NCBI GenBank assembly: GCA_002781785.1
Contig: PFGC01000037.1
Location: forward strand, 13,589 to 77,588
Direction of reading: 5' to 3'
From: Candidatus Kerfeldbacteria bacterium CG15_BIG_FIL_POST_REV_8_21_14_020_45_12
GTDB taxonomy: Bacteria > Patescibacteriota > Patescibacteriia > UBA9570 > XYC2-FULL-38-9
Length of the DNA: 64,000 bases
Below, one piece after another: positions 46,778 through 56,512 of this stretch. The position numbers were made by a program, and so were the translations under genes. How positions within the stretch are numbered: the first letter of the stretch is position 1; every line of letters starts with the position of its first letter. A model generated the notes under the pieces. That model saw only the letters and a program-made list of their open reading frames with translations, did no database searches and was not told the origin of the DNA.

Positions 46778-49318
46778 ATGGAGGCATTTTTAGCTGGAAT
46801 AGACACATCAATGCTGATAGCGATATACGTTATAGGATCTTTGGCATTTTTGTTTTTTGTTGTTATGACGGTACGTTGGTTTGTTAGGCGTAGTTTGGAG
46901 AAGCCAAACGCCTTTCAAATGTCAGTGATGATGATTACCGTCCCGAAAGAAGGTCAAGCGGAAGATCAGCAAATGGGATTGTCATCTGATCAGGCTAAAG
47001 AGCGTATTTCAGTGGCTGAGGTTTTCTTTTCAACTTTAGGTGGAGTTAAAGCACAGCGCGGGTTAGCAGCTTGGTGGTACGGACGCAACGATCATTTTGC
47101 TTTGGAGATTGTAGCTGATCGTGAAGGTTTAGTGACTTTTTACGCAGCTGTACCAAGGTATATGCAACAGTACTTTGAGCAACAAATTCACGCGCAGTGG
47201 GAAGATGCCAAGATAGATGAAGTGGAAGATTATAATATTTTTGAACCACAAGGCGTAGTCGTTGGCTCAACCTTAAAGCTCACTAGGAGCCAGATTTTTC
47301 CGATTACGACTTACGATAAAATGGAGTCAGATCCACTTAATTCTCTGACCAACATTTTATCTCGATTTGAAAAGGAAGAGGGAGCGGCTGTGCAGATTGT
47401 TATTCGATCAGCTCGACCTGAGTGGCATAGGTTGCCCACCCAAGTCGCTAGAACCATGCAGCAAGGTAAAAGTGTGGACAGGGCTTACAGTGAAGTAACG
47501 GCAAATCTTTTTTCTAAGGTTTGGCGAGAGTTTGCCAGAGTGATCTCGCAAAAGCAAAATAAAACAGAAGCTGGAATTGATCCCCGGACAGACCGAGAGT
47601 ACCGAATCTCTCCAATGGAAGAGGAGGTAGTTAAGGCCCTAGAGGAAAAAACCAGCAAGGCCGGATTTGATGTAAATATTAGAGTGGTGGTGTCGGCGGC
47701 TAGGCAAGACGTGGCTACCTATAAACTGAATAATGTATTAAACGCTTTTACTCAGTATGCCGGCTATCAGTATGGAAATAAGTTTGTAGCTAGTAAACCG
47801 AGCACTAGTCCTGATTTGGTGAAAGATTTTATTTATCGTAATTTTGATGATAGGAAAAGTTACGTTTTGAATACAAAAGAAATGGCCTCGCTATGGCACT
47901 TGCCGTTACAGAACACCGAGACCCCTAATATTCGTTGGTTGATGTCCAAAAAATCACCACCTCCTTCAAACCTTCCAAAAGAGGGCGTTATTATTGGCGT
48001 GGTTGAATATCGCGGCAAGGAGCAGATGGTTAGAATCCAGCGAGCAGATAGAACCAGGCACATGTATATTATTGGTAAGTCTGGTTCTGGTAAGTCTGTT
48101 TTACTTACTTCAATGGTTATCCAGGATATCCAAAATGGTGAAGGCGTTGGCGTTATCGATCCGCACGGAGAATTGATTGAAGACATTTTGCCGCACATTC
48201 CAAAAGATCGCGCCGATGATGTGATTATTTTTGACCCGTCATATACTGATTATCCGATGGGTTTGAATATGCTCGAATATGAAAATGATGACCAGCGTGA
48301 TTTTGCAGTTCAAGAGATGGTCGCTATTTTCTATAAATTATTTGGAGAAGAGATGATTGGTCCGATGTTTGAGCATTACATGCGTAATGCGATGTTGGCG
48401 TTAATGGAAGATAAAGAGGCTGGCGCGACCTTGATTGAAGTCCCGCGCATGTTTACGGATGACAAGTTCCGCAAGGATAAAGTTAGCAAGGTAAAGAATT
48501 TAATCGTGAAGAATTTCTGGGAACAGGAATACGAACAGTCACAACAAGGTCAACAGGCAGCAGACATGTTGTCGTATGTTATCTCCAAGATTGGTAGGTT
48601 TTTGACTAATGACACGATGCGAAACATTATTGGTCAAAAAAAATCGGCCTTTAATTTTAAGGAGGTCATGGACAAGCAGAGTATTTTGTTAGTTAACCTG
48701 TCTAAGGGAAAAATTGGAGAAGTTAACTCATCATTGCTCGGATTAATTTGTGTCACAAAGCTGCAAATGGCAGCTATGGCCAGAGCTAGTCAGGCCAAGG
48801 CTGACCGCAAAGATTTTTATCTATACATGGATGAGTTTCAAAATTTTACTACAGATTCGATTGCAACTATTTTGTCTGAGGCACGTAAATATCGTTTGAA
48901 CTTAATCATGGCCCATCAGTATATTGGACAGCTGTCTGAAAATAACGACACTTCAATTCGAGATGCTGTTTTTGGTAATGCGGGCACGATGTTGTCTTTT
49001 AGAGTTGGTGCAGAAGATGCTGATTTCTTGGTAAAAGAGTACGCTCCAGTTTTTGATGAAAATGACATTATTAATGTTGATCAGTACACAGCTAATACGA
49101 AGCTATTGATAGATAATACAGCTTCTCGTCCATTTAATATGAAAACCATCATGCCGCCGGAGGGGGATCCTCATATGAGTGATGTGCTCAAAGAGATGGC
49201 TAAGTTAAAATATGGCAGTCCGCGGCAGGCCGTTGAAGACGATATTCGAGAGCGAGGAGCCTTAGATCGCCTTGGAAAACAAGGCCCATCGCCACTTGGG
49301 CCAGATTCGTTTATCTAG
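46778..49318 (+). CDS. Membrane-anchored VirB4/VirD4(TrwB)/HerA-like ATPase
   Basis: N-terminal TM; RHMYIIGKSGSGKS Walker A, IDPHGEL, LYMDEFQNF Walker B, LSEARKYRL..AHQYI.QL. Confidence 0.88.
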   Translation: MEAFLAGIDTSMLIAIYVIGSLAFLFFVVMTVRWFVRRSLEKPNAFQMSVMMITVPKEGQAEDQQMGLSSDQAKERISVAEVFFSTLGGVKAQRGLAAWWYGRNDHFALEIVADREGLVTFYAAVPRYMQQYFEQQIHAQWEDAKIDEVEDYNIFEPQGVVVGSTLKLTRSQIFPITTYDKMESDPLNSLTNILSRFEKEEGAAVQIVIRSARPEWHRLPTQVARTMQQGKSVDRAYSEVTANLFSKVWREFARVISQKQNKTEAGIDPRTDREYRISPMEEEVVKALEEKTSKAGFDVNIRVVVSAARQDVATYKLNNVLNAFTQYAGYQYGNKFVASKPSTSPDLVKDFIYRNFDDRKSYVLNTKEMASLWHLPLQNTETPNIRWLMSKKSPPPSNLPKEGVIIGVVEYRGKEQMVRIQRADRTRHMYIIGKSGSGKSVLLTSMVIQDIQNGEGVGVIDPHGELIEDILPHIPKDRADDVIIFDPSYTDYPMGLNMLEYENDDQRDFAVQEMVAIFYKLFGEEMIGPMFEHYMRNAMLALMEDKEAGATLIEVPRMFTDDKFRKDKVSKVKNLIVKNFWEQEYEQSQQGQQAADMLSYVISKIGRFLTNDTMRNIIGQKKSAFNFKEVMDKQSILLVNLSKGKIGEVNSSLLGLICVTKLQMAAMARASQAKADRKDFYLYMDEFQNFTTDSIATILSEARKYRLNLIMAHQYIGQLSENNDTSIRDAVFGNAGTMLSFRVGAEDADFLVKEYAPVFDENDIINVDQYTANTKLLIDNTASRPFNMKTIMPPEGDPHMSDVLKEMAKLKYGSPRQAVEDDIRERGALDRLGKQGPSPLGPDSFI

Positions 49319-49421
49319 GGGTTTTAAGCCTTAGTCTTGACAAATTCGGAAATCTGTGTTAATAAGAGAGGGCTTTAAGATCAATTTCGTATTTATATAC
49401 AATATATATAAAGAATTCGTT

Positions 49422-49580
49422 ATGAATCCAGAACGAGGCATTAAACCAGTTGAGCGGACCGAGCTTTCCCCCGAGGTAGAGGCTCTGCGTTTGGCTATGG
49501 TCGAGGCTACACTTGAGGCGGCGGCTGGACGTGGAAACGCCGAGGCCGGTGAGGCAGCTTGGAAAGCTGTGGCTCAATAG
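49422..49580 (+). CDS. Small Ala/Glu-rich hypothetical protein (52 aa)
   Basis: TTGACA promoter and AT-rich leader upstream; MNPERGIKP... Confidence 0.55.
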   Translation: MNPERGIKPVERTELSPEVEALRLAMVEATLEAAAGRGNAEAGEAAWKAVAQ

Positions 49581-49619
49581 TTTTGATTGTGGTATAAGAA
49601 GGAGAGCAGAACAGCTACC

Positions 49620-49943
49620 ATGACAATGGACGACTTTTTTACAGACGAGCAGTGGTCGGAAGATTGGGACGAAGGTGAGGACATGATTCCCACTGACCCG
49701 CTCGAACAACTGAATAAACGGGAGCAAGATTTGTTTTTCCGAATGGTTGATTTAGTTCCAGATAACCAACGCGAAAAAGCAATTATTTATTTCATGGATC
49801 ATCCCGCAAAGATTCGCGCAGTTGTCGACAATATAAAACAGAAGCGAGAGCTCATTACCAATGGCGATAAAGAAGGACTGGCAGATCTACTGAAGAGTGA
49901 AGGGGTGGATTTTTCCAAGGTAGAGGAGCTTGAGTTGTTCTAA
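49620..49943 (+). CDS. Acidic hypothetical protein
   Basis: 107-aa ORF followed by terminator aaaaggccc/gggccttttt. Confidence 0.65.
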   Translation: MTMDDFFTDEQWSEDWDEGEDMIPTDPLEQLNKREQDLFFRMVDLVPDNQREKAIIYFMDHPAKIRAVVDNIKQKRELITNGDKEGLADLLKSEGVDFSKVEELELF

Positions 49944-50049
49944 AGAAACTTTTTTGTATAAAAGGCCCGTTCTGGGCCTTTTTCTTTACATTTTTTCTTG
50001 GACATTGTAATATTATCCAGCTGTAATAAGAAAAGAAACAGAAAACAAA

Positions 50050-50739
50050 ATGGAAAATGATAGTCTGAGGGCTTTGGAGGATATCCATCGCCTCATTGAA
50101 GATATTGAGGGTCAATTAGCGCACCTTAAGCAACGGGTATCAGAGCTTGGGCCGGTTGATCATAATCGTTATGCAAAGGAAAAAGCGCAGGATTTTGGAA
50201 GCAGTGATGGTAATGTCACAGAGGGTGTTTTTGATGGACAAAATATGGTTGGTCCTGACGGAAAGATTTATACTATTCCAGCTAACTATGCTAGTAAGTC
50301 CAAGTTGGTTGAGGGCGATATTATGAAACTAACTATCAAGGATGATGGTACGTTTATCTATAAGCAAATTGGTCCTGTCGAGCGAAAGCGAATGACGGCG
50401 ACTTTGGTTAGAACGGATAGTGGAGGCTATAAAGCCGTGGCTAAGTCTGGCCATAGCTACAAGTTATTAACCGCTAGCGTTACCTATTATAGAGGAGAGG
50501 TCGGCAACACAGCTATTATATTGGTGCCACCAGATGGGATGTCTAACTGGGCAGCGGTTGAAAACATTGTTTCGGAAATAGAAGACGCTGATTTGTTGCT
50601 TGAACAAGGCGATAATTTGTTGGCGGACGGGCAAGAAATGCTGCTGGAGGATGGAGATGAAGAGTTATTACCACCGCCCCACGGCGAACTTTCATTCAGT
50701 GAAGAGATAGTAACTGGAGATGATGATGAAGAGGAATAA
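50050..50739 (+). CDS. Hypothetical protein with acidic tail
   Basis: EGVFDGQNMVGPDGKIY..PANYASKSKLVEGD core, which I recall as a common CPR family; function unknown. Confidence 0.75.
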   Translation: MENDSLRALEDIHRLIEDIEGQLAHLKQRVSELGPVDHNRYAKEKAQDFGSSDGNVTEGVFDGQNMVGPDGKIYTIPANYASKSKLVEGDIMKLTIKDDGTFIYKQIGPVERKRMTATLVRTDSGGYKAVAKSGHSYKLLTASVTYYRGEVGNTAIILVPPDGMSNWAAVENIVSEIEDADLLLEQGDNLLADGQEMLLEDGDEELLPPPHGELSFSEEIVTGDDDEEE

Positions 50740-50836
50740 GGATTAGTTTTCCCTATTTGCGTTGCTCGGGGAAAGGCGGTACACTGAAGAAAATAAATGA
50801 CAATTCACCCCCGGGATCACGGGGGTTTTGTATCGC

Positions 50837-52492
50837 ATGTCTACCTCACTCTACCAAAAATATCGACCCCAGCGCTTTGCCGAATTGGTTAATCAAGCGC
50901 ATGTTAGAACAACTTTGTTAAATGAGTTAAAGCAAGGATCAACCTCTCATGCCTATCTCTTTTCTGGACCGCGCGGAGTTGGGAAAACCACTACTGCTAG
51001 ATTATTAGCGAGGGCAGTTAATTGTCAGAACCCAACGGAGGGCGAGCCCTGTAATGAATGTGATAATTGTAAGTTGATAACTTCTGGCCGGGCCTTGGAT
51101 GTTGTTGAAATAGACGCCGCTTCGCATACGGGAGTAGATAATGTCCGCGAAAATATTATTGAGAATGCACGGGTAGCGCCCTCTCAATTAGCCATGAAGG
51201 TATTTATTATTGATGAGGTGCACATGCTTTCCACCTCAGCCTTTAATGCTTTATTGAAGACCTTAGAAGAACCGCCTAAGCAGGTGATTTTTATATTGGC
51301 GACAACCGAAATCCATAAGTTGCCAGCAACGATTATTTCTCGATGTGAGCGGTTTCAGTTTCGAAAAATTGGTTACAGTGAAATGGAAGATAGATTGCGT
51401 GATCTAGCACGGAGAGAAGGCATCATGGTTGCTGATGAGGTTATCTCGGCCATTGCCAAGCAGTCAGAAGGAGCTTTGCGTGATGGTGAGAGTTTACTTG
51501 GTCAAATACTGTCTTTGGATGACAAAGAAATTTCAATGGAGTTGGCGTCCATAGTGATGCCACACACTGATCTGCGTGAGGTGCTAGGACTCTGGACTGA
51601 GCTTTTACGCGGACAACTTAGCTTGGCTATTCAACGGATAAATCGCTTGCGTGATGAGGGAGTACTTCTGACCGAGTTTACCAAGGAGTTAATAGATTTT
51701 TTGCGCAAGGTTCTATTATATAGAGTGCAGGATTCATTGTCGCCATTGGAGTATCTAGACCTTTCGAATGAAGAAGTTGCGCAGGTTGGTCAGTTAGCAG
51801 CCAAGCTGTCGCCAAAAGATATTTCGGAAATGATTGAGGTTTTCATGGCAGCACAGGAGCAGCTAAAGGATGCGAGGATTATTCAGTTACCTCTGGAGCT
51901 GGCTGCGGTAAAGTTAACAGGTGACGCCACGGATAAACCGATACCGAGCGTGGTCGTTCCAAGCCAGCCAACTAGTCCTACGGTAAAATCAGAACCGGTT
52001 AAGCATAGCGATACACCAGTAGCACCCGTTGATGTTCCAGTCGAATCTGTTAAAGAAGTTCCAGTCACTGCAGCAGATCCGATGGTTGATCAGGATTCTA
52101 AACCGTTTTCTTTGGAACAGGTATATGAAAAATGGAATGATCTACTTGAAGAGATGAAGCGATTAAACCACGCTTTACACTTGACCATGAAGGTTGGCAA
52201 GGTGGTGTCGGTTGAAGATAACCGTTTGATTATAGGTTTTGAATACCAGTTTTATCAGGACCGTCTTAATGACGCGCATAACCGACCGGTCTTAGATAAG
52301 GCTTTTGCAAATGTTTTTGGTATTCCAGTGATAGTGGAAACTGTTATTGGGTCAGAGTATGCTTTGTCATCATCTACCAATTCCTCAAATATTGCTCAAC
52401 CGAGCCCAGACGAGGTAGCTAACGTATGGGAGCTGGCTAGTAGCACTTTCGGAAATCAATTCACTCCCCAGGGCGAGGGCGATCCTCAGTAA
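50837..52492 (+). CDS. dnaX: DNA polymerase III subunit gamma/tau
   Basis: KYRPQRF, GPRGVGKTT, IDEVHMLS..AFNALLKTLEEPP, SRC. Confidence 0.97.
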   Translation: MSTSLYQKYRPQRFAELVNQAHVRTTLLNELKQGSTSHAYLFSGPRGVGKTTTARLLARAVNCQNPTEGEPCNECDNCKLITSGRALDVVEIDAASHTGVDNVRENIIENARVAPSQLAMKVFIIDEVHMLSTSAFNALLKTLEEPPKQVIFILATTEIHKLPATIISRCERFQFRKIGYSEMEDRLRDLARREGIMVADEVISAIAKQSEGALRDGESLLGQILSLDDKEISMELASIVMPHTDLREVLGLWTELLRGQLSLAIQRINRLRDEGVLLTEFTKELIDFLRKVLLYRVQDSLSPLEYLDLSNEEVAQVGQLAAKLSPKDISEMIEVFMAAQEQLKDARIIQLPLELAAVKLTGDATDKPIPSVVVPSQPTSPTVKSEPVKHSDTPVAPVDVPVESVKEVPVTAADPMVDQDSKPFSLEQVYEKWNDLLEEMKRLNHALHLTMKVGKVVSVEDNRLIIGFEYQFYQDRLNDAHNRPVLDKAFANVFGIPVIVETVIGSEYALSSSTNSSNIAQPSPDEVANVWELASSTFGNQFTPQGEGDPQ

Positions 52493-52617
52493 TTAAATAG
52501 CCCTATAGTAATTCGGGCAAGGTAGCCTGCTCTTGATCTTTTTCTCTAGTTTTAGTAGATTACGTGAGCAAAACATAACTTGAATAATCTGTGTTTTGTG
52601 AAAAGGTACTGATATAT

Positions 52618-52688
52618 TGGGGAGTCGCCAAGTGGTAAGGCACACGGTTCTGGTCCGTGTATCCGGGGTTCGAATCCCTGCTCCCCAG
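52618..52688 (+). tRNA. tRNA-Gln(CTG), CCA not encoded
   Basis: TGGGGAG/CTCCCCA acceptor, CACGG-TTCTGGT-CCGTG anticodon arm, TTCGAAT T loop. Confidence 0.96.
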
Positions 52689-52756
52689 CACTCATTTTCA
52701 GCGAAAAGATTGTAGTCGAAATTAAGACGCAAAATTGTAGATACCCGAATTAGTTT

Positions 52757-53836
52757 ATGATAATTTTATACATACTATTACTACTCGTTAGTTTTTATAT
52801 TCTAGCGATTGTTTGTGAAAGATATTTTGTTCAAAGTCTTCAGATAATAGGTAATAAACTACGCTTATCGGATGATGTTGTGGGAGCAACTTTAATGGCG
52901 GCTGGTAGTAGTGCGCCGGAACTTTTTACTTCGCTGATTGCCACCTTTACAATTGGAGCAGAAGATATAGGAGCAGGCACAATCGTTGGTTCGGCTATTT
53001 TTAACATTTTGATTATTATTGGCGCTTCAGCTTATGTGGCTACGGCTAAATTAAAATGGCAGCCAGTAATTAGAGATTTATTGGTTTACATTCTTGCAAT
53101 CGGGCTACTATTTTTTACATTTCGTGATGGACGTGTGACGCTCACGGAAGTTTCATTATACTTAGGGTTGTACGCTGCTTATATTATTTTACTGAGTCAG
53201 TGGAAGAGAATTACCGGTTCAGACAAAGCTTCCAATTCTCTTACGGATATTAGTGATCAAGTTGAAAATATTGAACATGACCTAGAAAAAAATAAAGTTG
53301 GGTGGAGATTTACTCTGTATGTTATTGATAATATTGTAGACAAGTTTTTTCCTGATCTAAACAAAAGGCCGCAGTTGTACGGTATTACCTTTGCAATCTC
53401 AATTGTCATAATTATTGCTCTAAGTTGGATTTTGGTGGAATCAGCCGTGGGGGTTGCTCATATACTTTCTATCCCACAAGCGATCATAGCCCTAACTATT
53501 TTGGCTGCAGGAACCTCTATTCCGGATCTTATTTCGTCTATAGTTGTGGCTAGGCAGGGTAAAAGTGATATGGCGATAAGCAATGCGACTGGTAGTAATA
53601 TTTTTGATATCTTATTTGGTTTAGGCTTGCCGTGGGCAATCTTCACATTAGTTCATGGAGAGAGTTTGGTTGTGGCAACTGAAAATATAAATTCTTCAGT
53701 AATTCTATTATTAGCCTCGGCTATAGCGATAATTGCAATTCTAATTATTGCAAGATTTAAAATTGGAAAAAAGATTGGCGTTTCCCTGATGGCTGTGTAT
53801 TTGGGTTACGTTTTGTACACAATCTATTTAATTTAA
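52757..53836 (+). CDS. Ca2+/Na+ antiporter (CaCA family)
   Basis: Alpha repeats AAGSSAPEL...IVGSAIFN and AAGTSIPD...GSNIFD. Confidence 0.93.
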   Translation: MIILYILLLLVSFYILAIVCERYFVQSLQIIGNKLRLSDDVVGATLMAAGSSAPELFTSLIATFTIGAEDIGAGTIVGSAIFNILIIIGASAYVATAKLKWQPVIRDLLVYILAIGLLFFTFRDGRVTLTEVSLYLGLYAAYIILLSQWKRITGSDKASNSLTDISDQVENIEHDLEKNKVGWRFTLYVIDNIVDKFFPDLNKRPQLYGITFAISIVIIIALSWILVESAVGVAHILSIPQAIIALTILAAGTSIPDLISSIVVARQGKSDMAISNATGSNIFDILFGLGLPWAIFTLVHGESLVVATENINSSVILLLASAIAIIAILIIARFKIGKKIGVSLMAVYLGYVLYTIYLI

Positions 53837-53929
53837 TATCGTAGTTTAGTTAGTATTGCTCTGGTTTTTTATGAGCAACAGTAAAGCCTTGGTTTGGTAT
53901 TATTGCTACTTCAGTTTATACTGCCTGCT

Positions 53930-55246
53930 ATGAAAACATCATCTTACTCGCCACGCACATATGTGGCAGATATCATTATTTGGTCTTTAGCTGGAGTGGC
54001 AGTTGTGCTGTGGGCCTTGGCTCCTAGGCTCGAACCGGCCTTTAGTAGTTTTGGAAGTTCGGCCACAGCGATTGGTCAGATTTTAGGGCTGGTTGGAGTG
54101 TCTTTGTTTGCGGTTAACTTGATACTTAGTGCCCGTCTTAAATGGATTGAGTATATTTTTCAGGGGCTGAATAGAATGTATGTGCAGCACAGTCGTTACG
54201 GGCAAATTGCTTTCATGGCACTGTTGTTTCACCCTCTGCTTTTATCAATTCAATATAGCGCTGGATCATTTCTAGGAGCCGCTAAGTTTATTTTTCCAAG
54301 CAGTAATGTGGCGATGGATCTAGGAATTTTTGGTCTCGGGTCAATGATACTTTTGATTGTACTGACACTTTATCTGAGGCCGAAGTATAATTTATGGAAA
54401 TGGACCCATAAATTTTTTGGATTCTCTTTCTTCCTTGGATATTTACACGTCTTATTGATTCCAAGCACAGTTTCATCTTATCAGCCTTTACGAATCTACG
54501 TGTTGGCTCTGGCTGCCCTGGGGCTTATGGCATTTTTCTACCGTACAGTATTGGGTCGCTTTTTAGTTAGGCGCTTTCATTATTCGGTTGTGGCTGTTCA
54601 GCAACTCAATGATACTATTACGCAGGTTGTGATGAGGCCAAAAGGGCAGCGGTTGAGCTATGTGCCAGGTCAATTTTTGTTTGTTGGTTTTGAAGATCCC
54701 GCAGTTGGCTCTGAGTCCCATCCGTTTAGTATCGTGTCGTCTCCAACCGATGAAAATTTAGAGATTGCGGTAAAGAATCTCGGCGACTATACGGCTCGCT
54801 TGCCACAGTTGTCGAGTGGTTCATCGGTATATTTAGAGGGTCCGTACGGTACTTTCTTTTCATCCCTTAGAGTTTCTAATCAGCATATTTGGGTAGCCGG
54901 CGGAATTGGCATTACTCCGTTTATTAGTAAAGCCAGATCATTAGTGGGGGATAGTAGCCAAAAAGTAGATCTGTATTATTGTGTAAAAAATATTGGAGAG
55001 GCAGCCTATGTGGATGAGTTGCGACAACTAGAACAGTCTTTACAGGGACGGTTTCGTTTGTTCATATTTTGTTCAGATGTGGATGGACGAATTACTGCTG
55101 ATTACATTTCGACGACATCTGGCGGCCTGAGCGATAAAGATATTTATTTATGCGCGCCTCCGGTTATGATTCAAGCGATGAAGGGCCAATTCGTAAAGCA
55201 GGGTATTAATCCACGTAGACTTCATTCTGAAGAATTTAATTTCTGA
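53930..55246 (+). CDS. Ferric-reductase-like transmembrane protein with FAD/NAD(P)H-binding domains
   Basis: TM His pairs, PGQF, HPFSI, EGPYG, VAGGIGITPF, EEFNF. Confidence 0.9.
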   Translation: MKTSSYSPRTYVADIIIWSLAGVAVVLWALAPRLEPAFSSFGSSATAIGQILGLVGVSLFAVNLILSARLKWIEYIFQGLNRMYVQHSRYGQIAFMALLFHPLLLSIQYSAGSFLGAAKFIFPSSNVAMDLGIFGLGSMILLIVLTLYLRPKYNLWKWTHKFFGFSFFLGYLHVLLIPSTVSSYQPLRIYVLALAALGLMAFFYRTVLGRFLVRRFHYSVVAVQQLNDTITQVVMRPKGQRLSYVPGQFLFVGFEDPAVGSESHPFSIVSSPTDENLEIAVKNLGDYTARLPQLSSGSSVYLEGPYGTFFSSLRVSNQHIWVAGGIGITPFISKARSLVGDSSQKVDLYYCVKNIGEAAYVDELRQLEQSLQGRFRLFIFCSDVDGRITADYISTTSGGLSDKDIYLCAPPVMIQAMKGQFVKQGINPRRLHSEEFNF

Positions 55247-55248
55247 TT

Positions 55249-55905
55249 ATGAAAAAAATTACTTTAGTTGCACTAGTAATTTTTACCATTATCGTTGTCG
55301 GTGTGGGTATTTTGGGGGTTTTGTTTCCTCCAGTTAAATCAAATACCGTGCCTAGTAAGTCTGCCAATGTAAATGGGGTCAATCAGGGTGCGACGACTCA
55401 GTCCGAAACGGCTGGTATTTCTAAAACAGAAATTTCCAAGCACTCAACCGCTAGTGATTGTTATTTGTTGATTAATGGTAATGTGTATGACGTTTCTGCT
55501 TACATCGGAGTTCATCCAGGTGGTAGCAGTAGTATTACCTCACGTTGCGGAGGTGAGGTGACTAGCATTTTTACAGCGATACATTCTAATTTCGCGTGGA
55601 ACCTGTTGGGCAAGTATTATATTGGACCTCTTGAGACAACAGTAGCTACTGGATCGACTGCAGACACAGGCACTTCTGCACAAGATGTTTTTACAGTAAT
55701 TCAGACAGCGTTGTTGGATAAATATCCAAACGCGGAAATAATCGCGACCAAGCCCTCTAAGAGTTATTATGTATCAAAGTTAATTTATCAGGGGACTTTG
55801 TATGAGGTGCACACAGATGCATTGGGCACTGTCTTGGGTGAGGAGGTGCAAGACGACGAGAACGACTGGACCATTTGGGATACTGACGCTGACGATCTGG
55901 AATAG
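55249..55905 (+). CDS. Membrane-anchored cytochrome b5-like protein with C-terminal PepSY-like domain
   Basis: HSTASDCY.LING.VYDVS.Y...HPGG...CG...F..IHS; C-terminal KYPNAEI...YEV..DALGTVL. Confidence 0.85.
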   Translation: MKKITLVALVIFTIIVVGVGILGVLFPPVKSNTVPSKSANVNGVNQGATTQSETAGISKTEISKHSTASDCYLLINGNVYDVSAYIGVHPGGSSSITSRCGGEVTSIFTAIHSNFAWNLLGKYYIGPLETTVATGSTADTGTSAQDVFTVIQTALLDKYPNAEIIATKPSKSYYVSKLIYQGTLYEVHTDALGTVLGEEVQDDENDWTIWDTDADDLE

Positions 55906-55942
55906 GCCGCTCTGAGTCTTGCAAAATTATTTTTTCCAGAAA

Positions 55943-56428
55943 ATGGATATCATAAAATATATTATCGGATACGTTTTCATCACCGCCTTGATTGTTGGAT
56001 TGATAGCTGTATTTTTTATGGCTATCGCTGCAGCATTTTATGGTTTCTTTGCGATAATTTGGGGATCGGTGTCAGGTTTGCTTTGGATGTTCCGTAAACC
56101 AAAAAAGCCAACCCATGTTTGCCAAATGTGTTGGTCGGTTGAGTCTTTTGATGATCCTACTAGTGCGACTTACGGATGTGGTTTTTGCAACTCTGAACTA
56201 GCTGCGCAATCTTTCTATATACCGGCTGATGTGTTTTTTCAAAATAATTCTGAGTCTGATTTGGAAGAAAAAATTGTCGAACAGATAGTCAAAATCAAGG
56301 ATGTCTCTAAGGAAACTTATCCGAATCATAGAGCTGCTACCCATGCCAAGTTTCATCGAAAGAACGGACTGAAAAGATTGAATAATTTACTGAAAATTAG
56401 CCGGAGATATTATCCGGGCAAGCCTTAG
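55943..56428 (+). CDS. Membrane protein with CxxC...CxxC motif
   Basis: N-terminal hydrophobic hairpin, CQMC and CGFC. Confidence 0.6.
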   Translation: MDIIKYIIGYVFITALIVGLIAVFFMAIAAAFYGFFAIIWGSVSGLLWMFRKPKKPTHVCQMCWSVESFDDPTSATYGCGFCNSELAAQSFYIPADVFFQNNSESDLEEKIVEQIVKIKDVSKETYPNHRAATHAKFHRKNGLKRLNNLLKISRRYYPGKP

Positions 56429-56512
56429 ATGTGAAAACTTGACTTAGTTGCTTATAAAAGTAATAGTAGTAGGTAATTGGTCCCGTAAATACATCAAAAT
56501 TAAGATAAAAAA

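Noticed and set aside
50050-50739. Ribosomal protein L7/L12 label that I recall being applied to this family
   Set aside because: No L7/L12 C-terminal motifs (KI.VIK.VR, GLKEAK).
50740-50836. SRP RNA (ffs), often found upstream of dnaX
   Set aside because: No CAGG-N3-GNRA-N3-AGCA domain IV motif.
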